In this document: piece after piece, positions 25,436-42,428 of the stretch
Layout of the letters: every line of letters begins with the position of its first letter
Position numbering within the stretch: position 1 is the stretch's first letter
Source of the DNA: the human T2T-CHM13v2.0 reference genome, Homo sapiens
Length of the DNA: 64,000 nucleotides
Assembly (NCBI RefSeq): GCF_009914755.1
Contig: NC_060931.1
Strand: one strand, 5' to 3'
Made by a program: the position numbers and the translations under genes
The notes under the pieces: generated by a model
Database searches by the model: none
Told to the model about the DNA's origin: nothing
What the model saw: the letters and a program-made list of their open reading frames with translations, nothing else

Positions 25436-27029
25436 CCGCGAGGCGGGGAGGGGCAGGGGGCGGGCCGGGGATGATTCACCTTGAATGTGGCTCCGGTTGG
25501 TGCGCGGCGCAGGGCACGCCCGTCCGGGACTGCGGAGACGCCGGGAGCCCCGCCTGCTTGCCCAACCCGGCCGGGTCTGGCCCCAAGGGGTCCCGTCGCC
25601 CGCCTTCTATCCCCGCCTCCTGCCCTCGGGCTAGGGTGCCGCTAGCCGAGGTGCGCCCGGACGCCCTGCCACCCCAGCGCCCTCTGAGCCCGGAGCTAGC
25701 CGAGGTGTGTGTGGCGTGGCGTGCTTGGAAATCCGACCCTGGGAGGGGGGAGGGGAAGTGCGTTGGGAGCTGGGGCGCACCGTAGGGCCACTGGACGATC
25801 TCTGCAGTCTCCCCGCAGAAAGGTGCTCAAGGCTGACCTGTCTCAGGGGGCGCACCCGGACCCAGGGGCGCAGGGCTGGAATGGGGACAAGGGGCCTCCA
25901 TGTCCTCACACGCCCACCCTCGGCCAGTTCTGCGGCCTCACAGGTGTCTGGCCACCGCTGCCGCCGCCGCCGGGAACAAAGGCTGTCTGTCCCAAGAGAG
26001 GGAGGGGGAGGGGAGCCGCCCCCAGACCCGTTCCCATCTCCCCCTCCCCCCACTGCGACAGTGGCTCCCTCGGGAGGGGGCGGGGCCAGCCGGGGCTGGG
26101 GCGCGGACGCGGATTAGATCCTTCTCAACCGTCCTTTGGTCTGACACCACCCGGAGCATTCAGAAGGGACCGGGGGGCAGGGGCTAGGTCCTCCAAGCTG
26201 TCAGCGTTGGGGTGGCCTCTTCCTTCTTCCCCAGCATCCTGAGCACCGGAGCGCCCCCTCCCTCCCTGCTGCTTTGGCTGCCCTTGGCAGTCCCAGCTCC
26301 GCCCCGCCCGGCCGCCCCAGACGGCAACGGCAGCTCAAAACCAGATTAAAATAAAACGTTAATCCGCCCTTCTCCTTTTTAGCTTCTAGTTCTTCCCAAT
26401 CGACCCCCGCAGATCTGGCACCCTAGAAGCCCCTGTAAAATGAGGGTGGTGCTTAGCCTATGCTCCCACCAAACCTAACCCTTGCACTTGAAGACCGTTA
26501 ACACCTTGTCTTGGGCTCGAGCAAAAGAAGGGGGTGAGGCAGTGGAAGCGGGGCCCGGGAAATCTATAGTTTCCCCACCCCCAGCTCCTGCCGAGCCGGG
26601 AGGGGCCAAGGGTGACGGCAAGGATACGAACCCTTCAATATGCCCGACTCCCGGGCAGGGCCTGCTGAAGCCGTAGATGTCGCAGCCAGATGGATCGGGA
26701 AGCAAGATTCCCACCCCAGGTGGATAACTGGACGAGTCTCAGGGCCTCGGGGCCCCTCTCCCCATGCAGCCAGGGATGGGCACGGTGAGCGAGAACCCGG
26801 ACAGCGGAGATAATGAGCACGTCACAGAGCCCAACGGGCCAAAAGGGGGTGATAGCTCCACATTAACCCCTCCCCGTCCTACTAGCATTCCCCCGCCCAT
26901 CTAGGTCGCCTCGAGCCTCCCTGGCTGTCTCTGCACCCGCGCCCTACCTGGTCCTCAGACCCATGGGATGCTGGGCAACCCGGGCCGGGTGTGCCCAGGA
27001 CCGCAAAGCGGGAAGCGCAGGCCTTGCGG

Positions 27030-27110
27030 ACTGCGAGTGGCCCCCGCGGCCTGCTGCTCCCCTTTATAACGCGCGCCCCGCCCCCCGCGCTCCGGGCGCC
27101 CCGCCCTGGC
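27030..27110 (-). promoter_or_regulatory. Candidate distal TATA promoter
   Basis: Minus strand GGGGCGGGGCGCGCGTTATAAAGG (TATAAA 27063-27068) with GC boxes upstream. Confidence 0.5.
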
Positions 27111-28099
27111 CCATTCACCTGCTGTCGAGAACCAGACACCGCGCAGCAGAAAGCTAGCCGCTGGGCCGCGAGGTCCGGCCGTCGGAGCGGGCGGGGCTGG
27201 GGCGCCGCCGAGACAGATCCGATTTCCACCTTTTCTTAAATGCGCTGCTGAAAGTCGAGAAGGCCCCGGCCGGGGAGCTCGCGTCGCTTCCTCCCCCCTC
27301 AGCTCCCCTCGCACCCTGAGTCCCCCAGCCCCACTCCGGGAGGGGCCGCGAAACTGCACCCGCAAGGGCCTCATACATATTTTAAGGAGCAGGCCAGGCA
27401 GGTAACCGGAGCTGGACTCGGACGGTGGGGGGGCGGCCCCCGGGGACCTGATACCCTGGATCCCTTACGGCTCAGGGCTCAGGCGGGGGAAGAGGTGGCT
27501 CAGGACGACCTGGGGTCCTCACTTTGCTGGCCTGTCCAGCGCATCCTAAGCCCGCGTGTATCCTACCCCCTCCTTCTGCAGATCCAATGTCCGTCTGGCA
27601 ATTGCCGCATTCCCTCTCGCTGGAGAGATCCCTTCCGCCTCGCCACAGGCGTCCCACGCTGCCCGGAGTCGTGCGCCCCGGGACGGGTAGTTTTGGGTTC
27701 CTCGACGCTTGGCCAGGTTTAGGAAAGACCCGCTGTCTTCCTTGCTGCCCCCACCTAGGAGACTCGGCGCCTTGCGCTCCGTCCTTTTTAATGGTGTCGC
27801 GGCTTGTCCCTCTGGCTTGCTCCCTCCTAGTCCCTACCCCACACGGCTCCCTTCGCCAGCTCCATGACAATCCCACTCGTGCTGAAGACCTTGGGCAAAG
27901 AAGTAACCATCGGTCTTCCCCTCCCTTCCCATTCCTCCGGCGGCAGGACTAGGAGGAAAGGTGCCCGGGATACAAGCCCCTCACGCAGACCCACTGATGC
28001 GGCCGTGGTTCTGCCATTGGCCCCTCTCCGAATGGTGAGGTTCTCCTGCTAACCCTGGCCCCATGGCATAACTAGTATAACCCCAGTGAGAGGAACCCA

Positions 28100-28240
28100 G
28101 AGTTCCAGTCCTCCCCTGCTCCAGTCCCTCTATGTGTGATCTCGATCTCGAGGGATTCACTTCACCTCTCTAAGCCTCAGTTTCCCATTTGCAAAATGGG
28201 CAGAATGACTCGCACCTCTGGGGATGAAGAAAATGCACAT
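28100..28240 (+). mobile_element. MIR
   Basis: cacttcacctctctaagcctcagtttcccatttgcaaaatggg. Confidence 0.75.
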
Positions 28241-28976
28241 GTGAGCACGTGGGTACTTGGCGACCCGGAGATCTCTGCAAACTGCAGGCCCAGCGAGATG
28301 GCCTCAGCACGCCCTGCACCCTCGTCCGCGCGACTGCCGCCGGGTGCCCGCCCCAGCCGCTGTGTCCCTGGTGCTTCCTCCGCCAGGGCCACGTGCCGGG
28401 GAAGCCAAAGCGGGAGTCTTTCGATCTTGGCCCAGCCCTTAGCCCTCGGTCCTTTGCTCTAGCATCTAGATTCTCGTGGGTCAACAAAGTCACTGGAAAC
28501 CCAACGAACTTCCCGACATTTTTCGAAAACCGTATGCGTGTGCTTCTGTGCGTTTTTCCTCTGATCGAGGTAGGGCCCTGTAGGGTTCTGTTTGGACGGG
28601 AGGCTGGAGTGGTTCCTTCCCGGCTGCGGGGTCGGAGGATGCAGAGATTCGAAAGAAGGAGAAACACAGAGACTGTCAAATGAAAGGAGATTCTGTCTTC
28701 GGAATCGACCCAGCTCTTTAAAAGAATGAGGAAAACATGGGGTCTTTATATATCCTGGAAAGTCGCCTAGGCGTTCAGTGAAAAACGCAAAAGGCACGTG
28801 GATTCCTATTTGTGTAAAAATATAAATGGGGCAGGGGGTTAAACATCAGGTTTTTTTCTGCACGAAAGGTCTCAGCGCAGAGGGTTGGAGATTTTTCTTT
28901 TCATTGTATGTCTTTCGGGACTGTTCGAAGCCAATGTGTGTTGCTTACCATATTCTTGCATTGAATTTTCAATTAA

Positions 28977-29327
<351 letters not shown>

Positions 29328-29356
29328 AATAAATTGATTTTTTAAAAAGCAACCTG

Positions 29357-29676
<320 letters not shown>

Positions 29677-29679
29677 GCA

Positions 29680-31200
29680 TTCGGGATGCTGAAGCCTGCA
29701 GGAGTTGAATCAGAGGGCGAGCTGCAGAGCGGAGGCACTGGGGCGGCGGGCCTTGCCCGGGCTCTTGGCTCCCATGAATCCTCGATGAGTAGAGAATCGT
29801 CGCTCGGAGCAAAGGCGAGAGGAGAGAGAAGCGTGCGGGTGCGGCCCTTGCTGCTTTTTACCAGGCGACACCCCGGTCGACTTTGACCCCCGAGCAGGTG
29901 AAACATAAGCGTCCACCCCAGAGGGGTCCCCTACCCAAGTCAGAGGAGAAGGTGGCCTGCCAGGTTAAAGGATCGAGTCCAGCCTCGGTTTCCTCATCTG
30001 TAAAATAAGCCGAGAACATCCGCGCCTCTTTCTGGAGAAGGCTGGGAGGATGCCAGAGAGAAACTGCGCGCAGGCCCTGGCGAGGAGCCCCTCCGGCCCA
30101 TGCGGAACTCTGCACAGGCTGGGTCCCTCCAGGGTTAGAAACCCAGCTTCCCCACCCCTACCCAGCAGGGACCCGCGCTGCATCCCCTAACGCCCCCCAA
30201 CCCTCTGCACCCAGACCCAAGAGCCGGCCTTCGACGCACCACATGCGTGGAGCCCGGGTCCCAGCCCTGAGGACCAGGTTTCAGGGCTCAGAAGACTCCA
30301 GCGAGGTTCCCTCGCAGATTGTGTCTGCGGTCGTTGGGGGAGGGGCCCCGCAGCCTTCAGCAGATTATCCAAAGGTCAGTGACCCAGATATGGTTTTGGC
30401 CACGGGCCATGTTTCACTTCCTGTGCCCCAAGCAGAATTTAGCTGAATAATTCGGACCCCAAACCAAACAAAACGCTCTTATTTCCGTTTGGGGATTCTT
30501 CGGAGTTGGGATTTTTCTGTCTCAAATTAGAATAATCTGCATTATTAACCACTTAACATTTATTTGTTGGTTGGCTGCCTGACCTTTCTGAGCCTCAGTT
30601 TCTTCGTCTGTAAATTGGGAGCTTACCCAGGTCGGAGGACTGTTGGAATTGGAAATATTCGAATAAGGAAGTGTTTTTGCAAGTGCTTTGTAAGCAGCAA
30701 AGCGCTTCTTCAGGGGTCAATTTTTTTTTAGCTCTGCAGTCACCACCCAAATTCGGAAGATCGTTGTGCCTTTCTTGGATGAGAATGCCCGGCTCCAGCC
30801 CGGGGATGGGACGGTCTTTTCCTTGCTAGGAGTCCGCTGTGGAGGGGGCGATGCGCTCTGTCCAGGACCTAGGAGTCCCTTTCTCCCTCCACCCTCGGCT
30901 CACAGCGGGCAGCTCCCCCGACGCGTACCGCCTCTTTGCCCCCAGCCTGAGGTGCGCTCTTCCCCAGGACGCCTCCTCTGTCCTCTGCACGCCGCCGGCC
31001 CTGCTGGGGTTGCTTTCTGCCGCGGCGTCTTCGCGAATATCCCCTCTTGCTGTCTGCCTGGGCGTCCCTCCGGGTTACCGCACACCGCCTCCGACCCTCC
31101 CAGGGCGCGGGAGGAGGGGCAGGGCATCCGCGTTCGTGTCTGGGCCCTGGCGGGGAGTCGCGTGGTCCAACCCCTCGTTTTTAAGAGGAGGGATCTGAAG
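29680..31200. promoter_or_regulatory. Secondary CpG-rich region upstream of the cluster promoter
   Basis: CpG-dense non-repeat blocks 29700-30350 and 30760-31200, separated by a MIR. Confidence 0.55.
30575..30715 (+). mobile_element. MIR
   Basis: ctgacctttctgagcctcagtttcttcgtctgtaaattggg...aagtgctttgtaag. Confidence 0.7.
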
Positions 31201-31676
31201 CCCAGCTAGGCTTCTAATTCCAGACAGAGCCCTACGGAGCCCAGTTCTCTGGAGGCTTTCCTGGGGCTTTTTTCACTAGGCCAGGTTGGGTGGGTCTGGA
31301 GAGAACTCCCGCAACCGGAAATTAAAGAAATGCAGAGAGAAACCTGGGGAGTGGGGCCACCCTGGTCCCCTGGGCAGGCTCCGGTCTCTGGACCAGTGGG
31401 GCAGCAGAGGCCTCGGGAGCTGCAGAGATTTTCCTGGGCACACTCCTGAGGGGTAGGTGCGAAGCTCCTGCTGGGATGCCTAGAAAGAGGGTTATCATGG
31501 GGTCCCTGGCTGCCGGCTCACAGCCGCTCCTGCTTGGAGAAAAGGCAGGGCAGAGGGTAGGGGATGCACGGGTGTGGAAGGAGGGGATGGAGGAGAAAGA
31601 CCACAGGCGGTTTGGGTTGTTGGGAGGGGAGGGGGTGTGTGGGTTGCGGGGGTGGGGGGGAGGTGATCAAGAATGA

Positions 31677-32045
<369 letters not shown>

Positions 32046-32173
32046 CCTTTGATCTGCTCTTTAGGAACCTCCACCAATAACCAGAATCCTTTGATCTGCT
32101 CTTTAGGAACCTCCACCAATAACCAGAATCCTTTGATCTGCTCTTTAGGAACCTCCCCCAATAACCAGAATCC
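32046..32173. repeat. 42-bp tandem repeat x3
   Basis: CCTTTGATCTGCTCTTTAGGAACCTCCACCAATAACCAGAAT at 32046, 32088 and 32130 (one substitution in copy 3). Confidence 0.97.
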
Positions 32174-33076
32174 AGCAGTCTCTCCGCAGTACCTGCTGTG
32201 GGAACCTGCTGGGCCCCCGGTAGAAGGGAGGGTCTGGCCAAGGCAGTGGGGATGGAGTTCCCACAGCAACAGCAGGCCCTGCCCTAAGGGAAGCAGCCTG
32301 TGGCCTGTGTCAAGGACTTGGAGCTGCTGTGAGCTCCCTGCAGATGCTGGGTTGGAACCTGGCCTCAGCCTCCAGATGGGCTAGCTTGGGGGAATTCCTG
32401 CCCAGCATTTAGCATAAGTCCCTCCTAATGGAAAATGCAAGCCCCACTAGGGCAAGGGCCACATCTGCCTTGTAGACTGCGGTATCTCCTGCCTGACTTT
32501 CTCGGAAGGTGCTCCATGAATATGTGTTTGAATTAATGAGCAAGGGCTGTGCAGGGTGCAGTCACAACCAGGGGCCAGCGGGATTCTCCCGCAGGACAGT
32601 GAGCGGAGAAACTAAGGCTCAGGCAGGCTAGGCAGCACATGCTGGCCTGGACTTCTTTCTGTCCATCACAGCTGCCTGCTCTGTGCTACCCCTTTTAGCT
32701 AGCAATGGCCATGCCTGGGCTTCCTCTTGGGAGGTCATTTCAAGGGAGGCAGAAACTCCTCAGTATGGCTTTAGGGGTATTCTCCTCTTCCCTTTTTCCT
32801 GTCTCATGGATATGGTCTTTGAGTGAGCCAATTCCACCTCTAGGCTTCAGTTTCCTCATTTGTAAAGTGAGGGCTGGAAGGAAAAGCCTTTCCTGTCTTC
32901 CTTCATCCCTTTATTTTTCTTTTCCAAGACACGTTGAGGCAGAAACAGAGGCAGACAAGCTGGGCTGCACTTGGACCAACGGAGCCCACTATGCTAGATA
33001 TGCATGGGACAACAGACGTCCCACGCCGCTTCTGGATGTCACATGCTCTTCTAACTGGTTAAACTAGCACATGCGG

Positions 33077-33403
<327 letters not shown>

Positions 33404-33429
33404 TTAATCATCAAGTCCCACAGGTCTGG

Positions 33430-33731
33430 GTTTTTGTTTTTGTTTGGTTTTTTTTTTAGACAGAGTCTTCTCTGTGTCACCCAAGCTGGAGTACAGTGGC
33501 ACAATCTCGGCTCACTACAACCTCCATTCAAGTGATTCTTGTGCCTCAGCCTCCAAAGTAGCCGGGATTACAGGCACATGCCACCCCACCCCAGCTAGTT
33601 TTTATATTTTTAGTAAAGACAGGGTTTTGCCATGTTGGCCAGGCTAGCCTTGAACTCCTGGCCTCAAGTGAGCTGCCCACCTCAGCCTCCCAAAGTGCTG
33701 GGATTACAGGCCTGAGCCACTGCGCCTGGTC
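33430..33731 (-). mobile_element. Alu (old AluS/J)
   Basis: Antisense Alu, tail-to-tail with the preceding one. Confidence 0.9.
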
Positions 33732-35364
33732 TGGATCTTAAAGCAGAGACCATGTGGGCCTTCGAGGAGCTCACATTCTCCTTGAGATGAAAAGGAAGCA
33801 TGCTGGATAATGCTCCCAGCCTCTGCTGCAGAGAAACCAAAGCTGGCCTGCTCCCCTGCCAGCAGAGACTAAGTGGGGTGGTCTGAGATTGAGGAGCCAA
33901 CAGACTCAGCAAACACATGCTGACAATCCTCCTCATTTGGTCTTATTCACCAGCAGAGCCCCCATGGGTATAAGTCCAGCCATCAGGTGACAGGAGGAGC
34001 GGCTGAGCCAGGGCTGGATTCGGGGAACGCTCCTCTTCCTCTTCCTCCCACCTCCCCAAGCTAGGGTGTCAGGAATGTATCCTAACCTTGGGCCTAGCCT
34101 TGGGCTCCCTTCCATCCTTGGTTTTGGAGTTAGGGAGCTGCTCCCCTCCAACCCTACTTCAATGGGTCCCCAACACAAACCCAGGCCTCAGCCCTAGGCC
34201 ACCTGCCAGCTGATGGGGTCTCTTTAAGGAATTGATTTCCACAAGTCCCTGAAGTGTTTCTTCGGCAGTAAATCTCCTGCCACCCAGGCTTTCTGGCCCA
34301 TGAATGATTTAGCGCCTTGGAGGGGTTGGAACCGTCTTCCTGTGCAGTGGAGGCCTGCAGTGGTGACATCACAGCTGCAATGGTGATGGATGGACTCTTC
34401 TACCCTAATGGGGAGGAGAATGCACAGGCCGCTGGGAGGGGTCAGGCCATGAAAGTAAGTACCCATCTGGCTCCGCAGATTTCTGGTTTGGGGTTCTTAC
34501 TGATGGACCAGCTAGCTAATTGCCCTCGGAGGTACCTAGAGAAAGGGCCCGAGTCCATCTCTCTGTCCCCAGCCCAGAGGGACACAGGCTCATGTCACTT
34601 TGAGGTTTGCCTTTCCAATTCCTAAAGTGCTCTGAATTATACCGAGCGCTGTCTTCCCTTGCTCCAGTGACAGCACGCATACACCCCAACACACACATGC
34701 ACCTGCATGGGTGTGCACACACACATCCACTGTTCTCAACAACTCTCTCAGGAAGTTCATCATTATGTCCCACCTAAACGTTTCTTGCTACTGGGGAAGC
34801 CCATTTTTCTCTGATTCCATCTGGAATTGACAGAGAACAGCTGGTCATTATTAGCCATATGCTCCCCCTCCAAGCACACATGGTGAATAGCAGCATGTTC
34901 TTGGTCCCTTCTCCACTCAGAGCCCCCTCCCCCATCATCTCTCCTCTAAGCATCAATGACCCTAGTTATCTCTGTTCCACCAGCCTTTGGGGGAAATGAC
35001 AAGGCTTTAGTCAGTCAGCATCCACAGGGTGCCAACTTCTTCAAGGGAGGGTAGGAAGTGGAGGGGGTGGTCTCTGAGGCAGGGAGTAGCCTCTGCCCAC
35101 TCTTGCCATCCCTGACACCAGCTGGCCCTGGCCTATCTTGGAGTAAGTATAACTTGGAGGAGGAGGTAAATTTCCTGCTTCAAAATAGCTTCCCCCCATT
35201 GCCTATCCTATAGAGACAGCCATTGGGTTGATTTTTCTCTAAGATTGAAACTGGGGTATGCACCATGCAAATTCACTGCTATGGTGCACATCCCGGATTG
35301 GTACTGGGGTGTGCAACATGTGAATTCACTGGTATCACATACATGTTAGCATGTCTTAGTTTGG

Positions 35365-35460
35365 GCATTCCAGTGCGTGTGTAATAATATCTCATCATGG
35401 TTTTAATTTACATTTCCTTGATGACAAATGATGTGAGCATCTTTTCATGGGCTTACGTGC
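35365..35460 (-). mobile_element. L1M fragment
   Basis: atctcatcatggttttaatttacatttccttgatgacaaatgatgtgagcatcttttcat. Confidence 0.7.
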
Positions 35461-35631
35461 CTGTGTGACTGAGTGTGAGGGAGACAGAAGAAAGGCCTGG
35501 CTCTGGAGTGTTAGGGGAATGTTGCAGAGTGAGACGCCACAATGAAGGGCTCCAGGCACTTCGGAGCTCACTGTGGAAACTGGGCACAGGTGAGCCAAGA
35601 GAGAGCCAAGGAAGCAAGCAGCTTCAACTGA

Positions 35632-35960
<329 letters not shown>

Positions 35961-36114
35961 CAAACACTTTTTCATTTTCCCCTCAGATCTCTGAAGGGTG
36001 GGAAGATCTGAGGCTTCCTGTGAGTGTGCATTTTCCAAGTTCACTCAGAGGGCACTTGGCAGATGAAGGCTCAGACCCAAGCGTTCTCGCTCCCGGCCTC
36101 CATAGTACCACTTT

Positions 36115-36270
36115 GCTGTTTACAAAGTGCTTTCATGGACATCATCTCATCTGATTCTCAGGATAACCCCATTTTACGAGTGAGAAAACTGAGACTTGGA
36201 GAGATTGAGTGGCTTGCTCAAGCCATCCAGCTAGTGAGCTGCAGAGCAGAGGAGACTCCTCGGGCTCCTC
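36115..36270 (-). mobile_element. MIR
   Basis: cccattttacgagtgagaaaactgagacttggagagattgagtggcttgctcaag. Confidence 0.75.
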
Positions 36271-36595
36271 CGTTTGTCCCTAGAGAGGCTCATCTGACCT
36301 CCACCTCTCTTGTTGGGATTGATGGAGTCTGCTCTGCCCTGCTTAACTCTGCTGGGGGCAACTGCAGGAACTTACTCAGACCACCTGTCCTAGGTGCTGA
36401 ACCAGTCCCGACTTAGTTTCAGCTGAGCCACATTTAGAGAACTGTTAACATGGTGGTGTTGACCTTACCTGTAAGACCCCTGGCCACCTCACTCAGGTTG
36501 CTCTCAGTCATGAGATTAGAAAACCAAGATATTCCTCCCAAAGACTCTTCTCACATTTGTTGTATCTTCTGTTTTAATCATGAAAATCCAGATAT

Positions 36596-36888
<293 letters not shown>

Positions 36889-37234
36889 TCCAGGTACAAA
36901 ATGCCTTATTACCACACAGGGTAAGATCTCGCCCTGACTTTATTCACTACCTGCAAGCTCAGACCCCCATCTCCGATGGTCCCAAAGCCCATAAGTTGAC
37001 AGTACCTGTCTGACACATAGTAGGCATTCATTAAATGTTCGTTGAATGAATTTGAATGGGGTTCGTTGAATGGGATTTGTTAATGAACACGGCTTCCTTT
37101 TCCTGAACTGTGATTAATTTTAAAACCCAAGAGGAGGGAAGTGACATTTATTGGGTAGGTCTTTCCATTCCTCACCTCTGCCGTGTGAGGTTAGCATTAT
37201 TATGCCATTTTATGGATGAGAAAATGGAAGCTAA

Positions 37235-37573
<339 letters not shown>

Positions 37574-38214
37574 TCAGCTAGGATGGGGTAGAGCCAGCAT
37601 TTGAACTGGGTCTGAGTGCCACACTGACCCTCTGTCCATTGTACATGAGGAGAGAAATCCTGGGTGTCCCTGGATAAGCCCAGAGGCTTCCAGTGGGCAG
37701 GGAGCCAGCCTGAGATCCTGGGCTCTAGAGATGCCTTGGCCTCATTGGGCTGACTGTGTCAGTCACAGATCCTGGTCAAAAGCTATGAATTTCAAACTTT
37801 ACTCTAGAGCTGTATTCCAATACAGCATCAGCTGAACAACAGAGAAAGCTGCTCTGCTCCAAAGTAGCAGTCTCTAGTCCAGGGGACTTTCCAACCATTT
37901 TGAAATCAGCAGTCCAGCCCCTGCCATCCCAGCCTGTGCCTGTCTCAGGCCACACACAGCAGCCATTTGCAGCTTGTGGTTGCTACTGGCCAAGTTCACC
38001 AGAGGCCCGGATACCAGCATGATGGTTCCCAGCCCCCCGCCGGGGAGGAGGAGAGGGGGTCATTGTGGAGATGATAATGCTGCTCCATGAATGTCCAACT
38101 TCCTGAAAACCACCGGGACACATTTCGTTTATGTGCTTGTTTATCTCAGGCCTGCTTCCAGAAGGGCTCCGAGGAGCAGACAATGAAAGACCACCGACAG
38201 AATTGCTGTTCACG

Positions 38215-38875
<661 letters not shown>

Positions 38876-39833
38876 TCACTTTTCCTCCACCTGATAGTCC
38901 AGGGGACATGAGGGGACCAGGTCTTGGCCAGATGCCAGATCTGAGCATTTTTCACTCAGGATTCTCTCGCATTGAGAGACACAGGCTCTGGCAACGGTGC
39001 CCAGTGTGAGTGGAATTTGGGAACACTGTGGCCAGGTGGTTGGCACCCAAGCGTTTCCCTGTGTCCTGCAGGCACCCTGCCCTCTGGCCTGCAGCCCTTT
39101 TGCCAGGGCCACCATGGCCCTTCCCACAGAGACCAGCACCCAAAGTGGGCAGGAGCAGGGCAAGATCAGGGCCCAGCCTGGAAGCCCTTGCCCAACTGGG
39201 AACCCTCAGTAGGAACACATAGCTGCAGCAATACATCTGGGGCTCCAGGAGGAGCTTATCGCCTTTCTGTCTCTCTCCCTCACAGCCCATTCAGCAGGGG
39301 CTTGAGCAGGGGACAGGGAGGCTGGTGAAAGGCCACCCGAGGCTGCTTTTCAATGAAACTATCTGTGTGCAGGATAGAATTACTTGTATCAAGTACACCA
39401 AGACTTTTAATCCATTTTGTAATCAAACAGGGCATCTCTCTGGGCCCCTATGAGCCTGAGATGACAGCGTAGTTCCACCCACTTCACAGGTGGGGAAACT
39501 GAGGTGATGGAGAGGGTCAGAAGTAATCCCTTTCAGCCCAGCAGGCACTGGGGAATTCTGAGCTCTGGGCTCCCAGGCCACCCCAGACTGGCTGAAGAAT
39601 GAGCAACACGTTGCCCTGGGTTCCTCCTTCTGTCCCCAGCCAAGATGGGTTCTGCTTCTGGTTGGAGCTCTTCCACCATCTCTCTGTACAACTTTGGGCT
39701 AGACGTGTGTGCCTTGGTTTCCAGCTGTGCACCAGGGCAGTGCTGGCCGGTCCGTCTGTTGTCTGGAGTGGCTATGCACCTCAAATGGGACAGAGGAGGG
39801 GAGAGAACTTTGCTAAGTAGAAAATGCTAGACC

Positions 39834-40137
<304 letters not shown>

Positions 40138-40765
40138 CTAGACCTCCATGAGGGGCAGTCACATGTCATGGCCAGAGGCCACTGAGGTAAGGGAGCACTC
40201 CACACCACAGCAGACAGCACTGCCCTGAGGGCCCCAGGGCTTGGGCTCTAGACCCTGAGCGGCCTCTGGAGGCCTTCGGATGCTCATCTATTAAAGCAAA
40301 GGGCTGGAGCTCCCTTCCAGCCGGGCACTCTGTGCTGTTCCAAGCTGCCTATGGGTGGTGGGGTGGTGGTATTTCCCTGGTCACTCCCCACCAGGCCTGG
40401 GCCCCTGGACACCCTTAGCAGAGGCTGTGTCTCCTCTGGGCACTTGTCCCACCCCTTGAGGAACCCACAGGCTTAGTCCCTCAGCCCACCCGAGCTCCTT
40501 GACACGTTTCCAGGACCATAGGACAGTGCGGTGCAGGTCGTGCAGAGTGGCTTCTAGGTCTGAGCCGGCACTCGAGGGCGGGGTCCTGGTCGGGGGGATG
40601 GGGGCTCAGCATTTCCCCACACTGGGGCAAGGCCTGGCCTCCACTGTGCGTGCACAGGACTGAAGGCCCCTTCCCAGCTGCATGGAGATGGACGTCCCTG
40701 GCCCAAAGGAGCAATGAGACGCCCTCCAAGTGCCCTCTGCAGCTGAAGAAAAAGGCCCTGGGTCT

Positions 40766-41306
<541 letters not shown>

Positions 41307-42025
41307 TAAAATGTCCCACAGAGGCTGCCGGTGCCCAGTGGGCGCCCTCCCAAGCTTTGAGTGTCTCTGTGAATCTGTGTGCTCCTGATCTTGCAGGCTC
41401 TGTTTCTCTCACTTCTGTCTGCTTGAGTCTCGCCCTCCTGTCCCCTGCTGTCTACCTCAGACAGTCCCTCCTCAGCCTCCCTCTGCGTTCCCTGCTGTCC
41501 TGCAAGGTGACGCTGAGCAACATGACTAGTACACCTGGTGCTGAGGACTCAGGCTCCCCAAAGGGCCAGCCTGCACAGCCAAAGGGGGTCCCCTGAGGGT
41601 GAGAGGAGCGTAGGGGACTGGTCCCTGCTTCCCTGGATATGGGGAAAACCCAGGACTCCAAACTCCAGCCCCTCCCACTCCAGCCACCTGGGAGAGCCCG
41701 CTTCACCTGGGAACAGGTTCTACCATCCAGAAGGCAATCAGGCACGTGCCCTAAAGGGGTAAGCCCTGTCCCTTCTGTCCTGGGAGAGGGGCAGGCAGCA
41801 GGAACAGCCGGTCCATGGCTGGGCTCCCAGGTCCCACCTGCCTGTGGCAGAGCTGACGAGGGCTGGGAACAGAGGGCTTCACCAGACCTGTCCCACCCAC
41901 GGCCCTCAGCTAAGCAACAGAAGTGAGCTCCCTCTTCCCTGATGACCCAGGAAAGGGGCTAGGACCTGGCACCACTGGGACAAGCCTGGGAGACCAGCAC
42001 TGTGCTGGCTTCCTGGCTCATGTGA

Positions 42026-42428
<403 letters not shown>

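Larger units (their letters stand above)
23500..27950. promoter_or_regulatory. Large CpG island: promoter region of the miR-183/96/182 cluster
   Basis: Very high GC and CpG density, many GC boxes, CAGGTG/CACCTG E-boxes. Confidence 0.9.

Noticed and set aside
32046-32173. 42-bp repeats as a CRISPR array or coding repeat
   Set aside because: Head-to-tail with no unique spacers, in human DNA; the ORFs across it run into Alu sequence.
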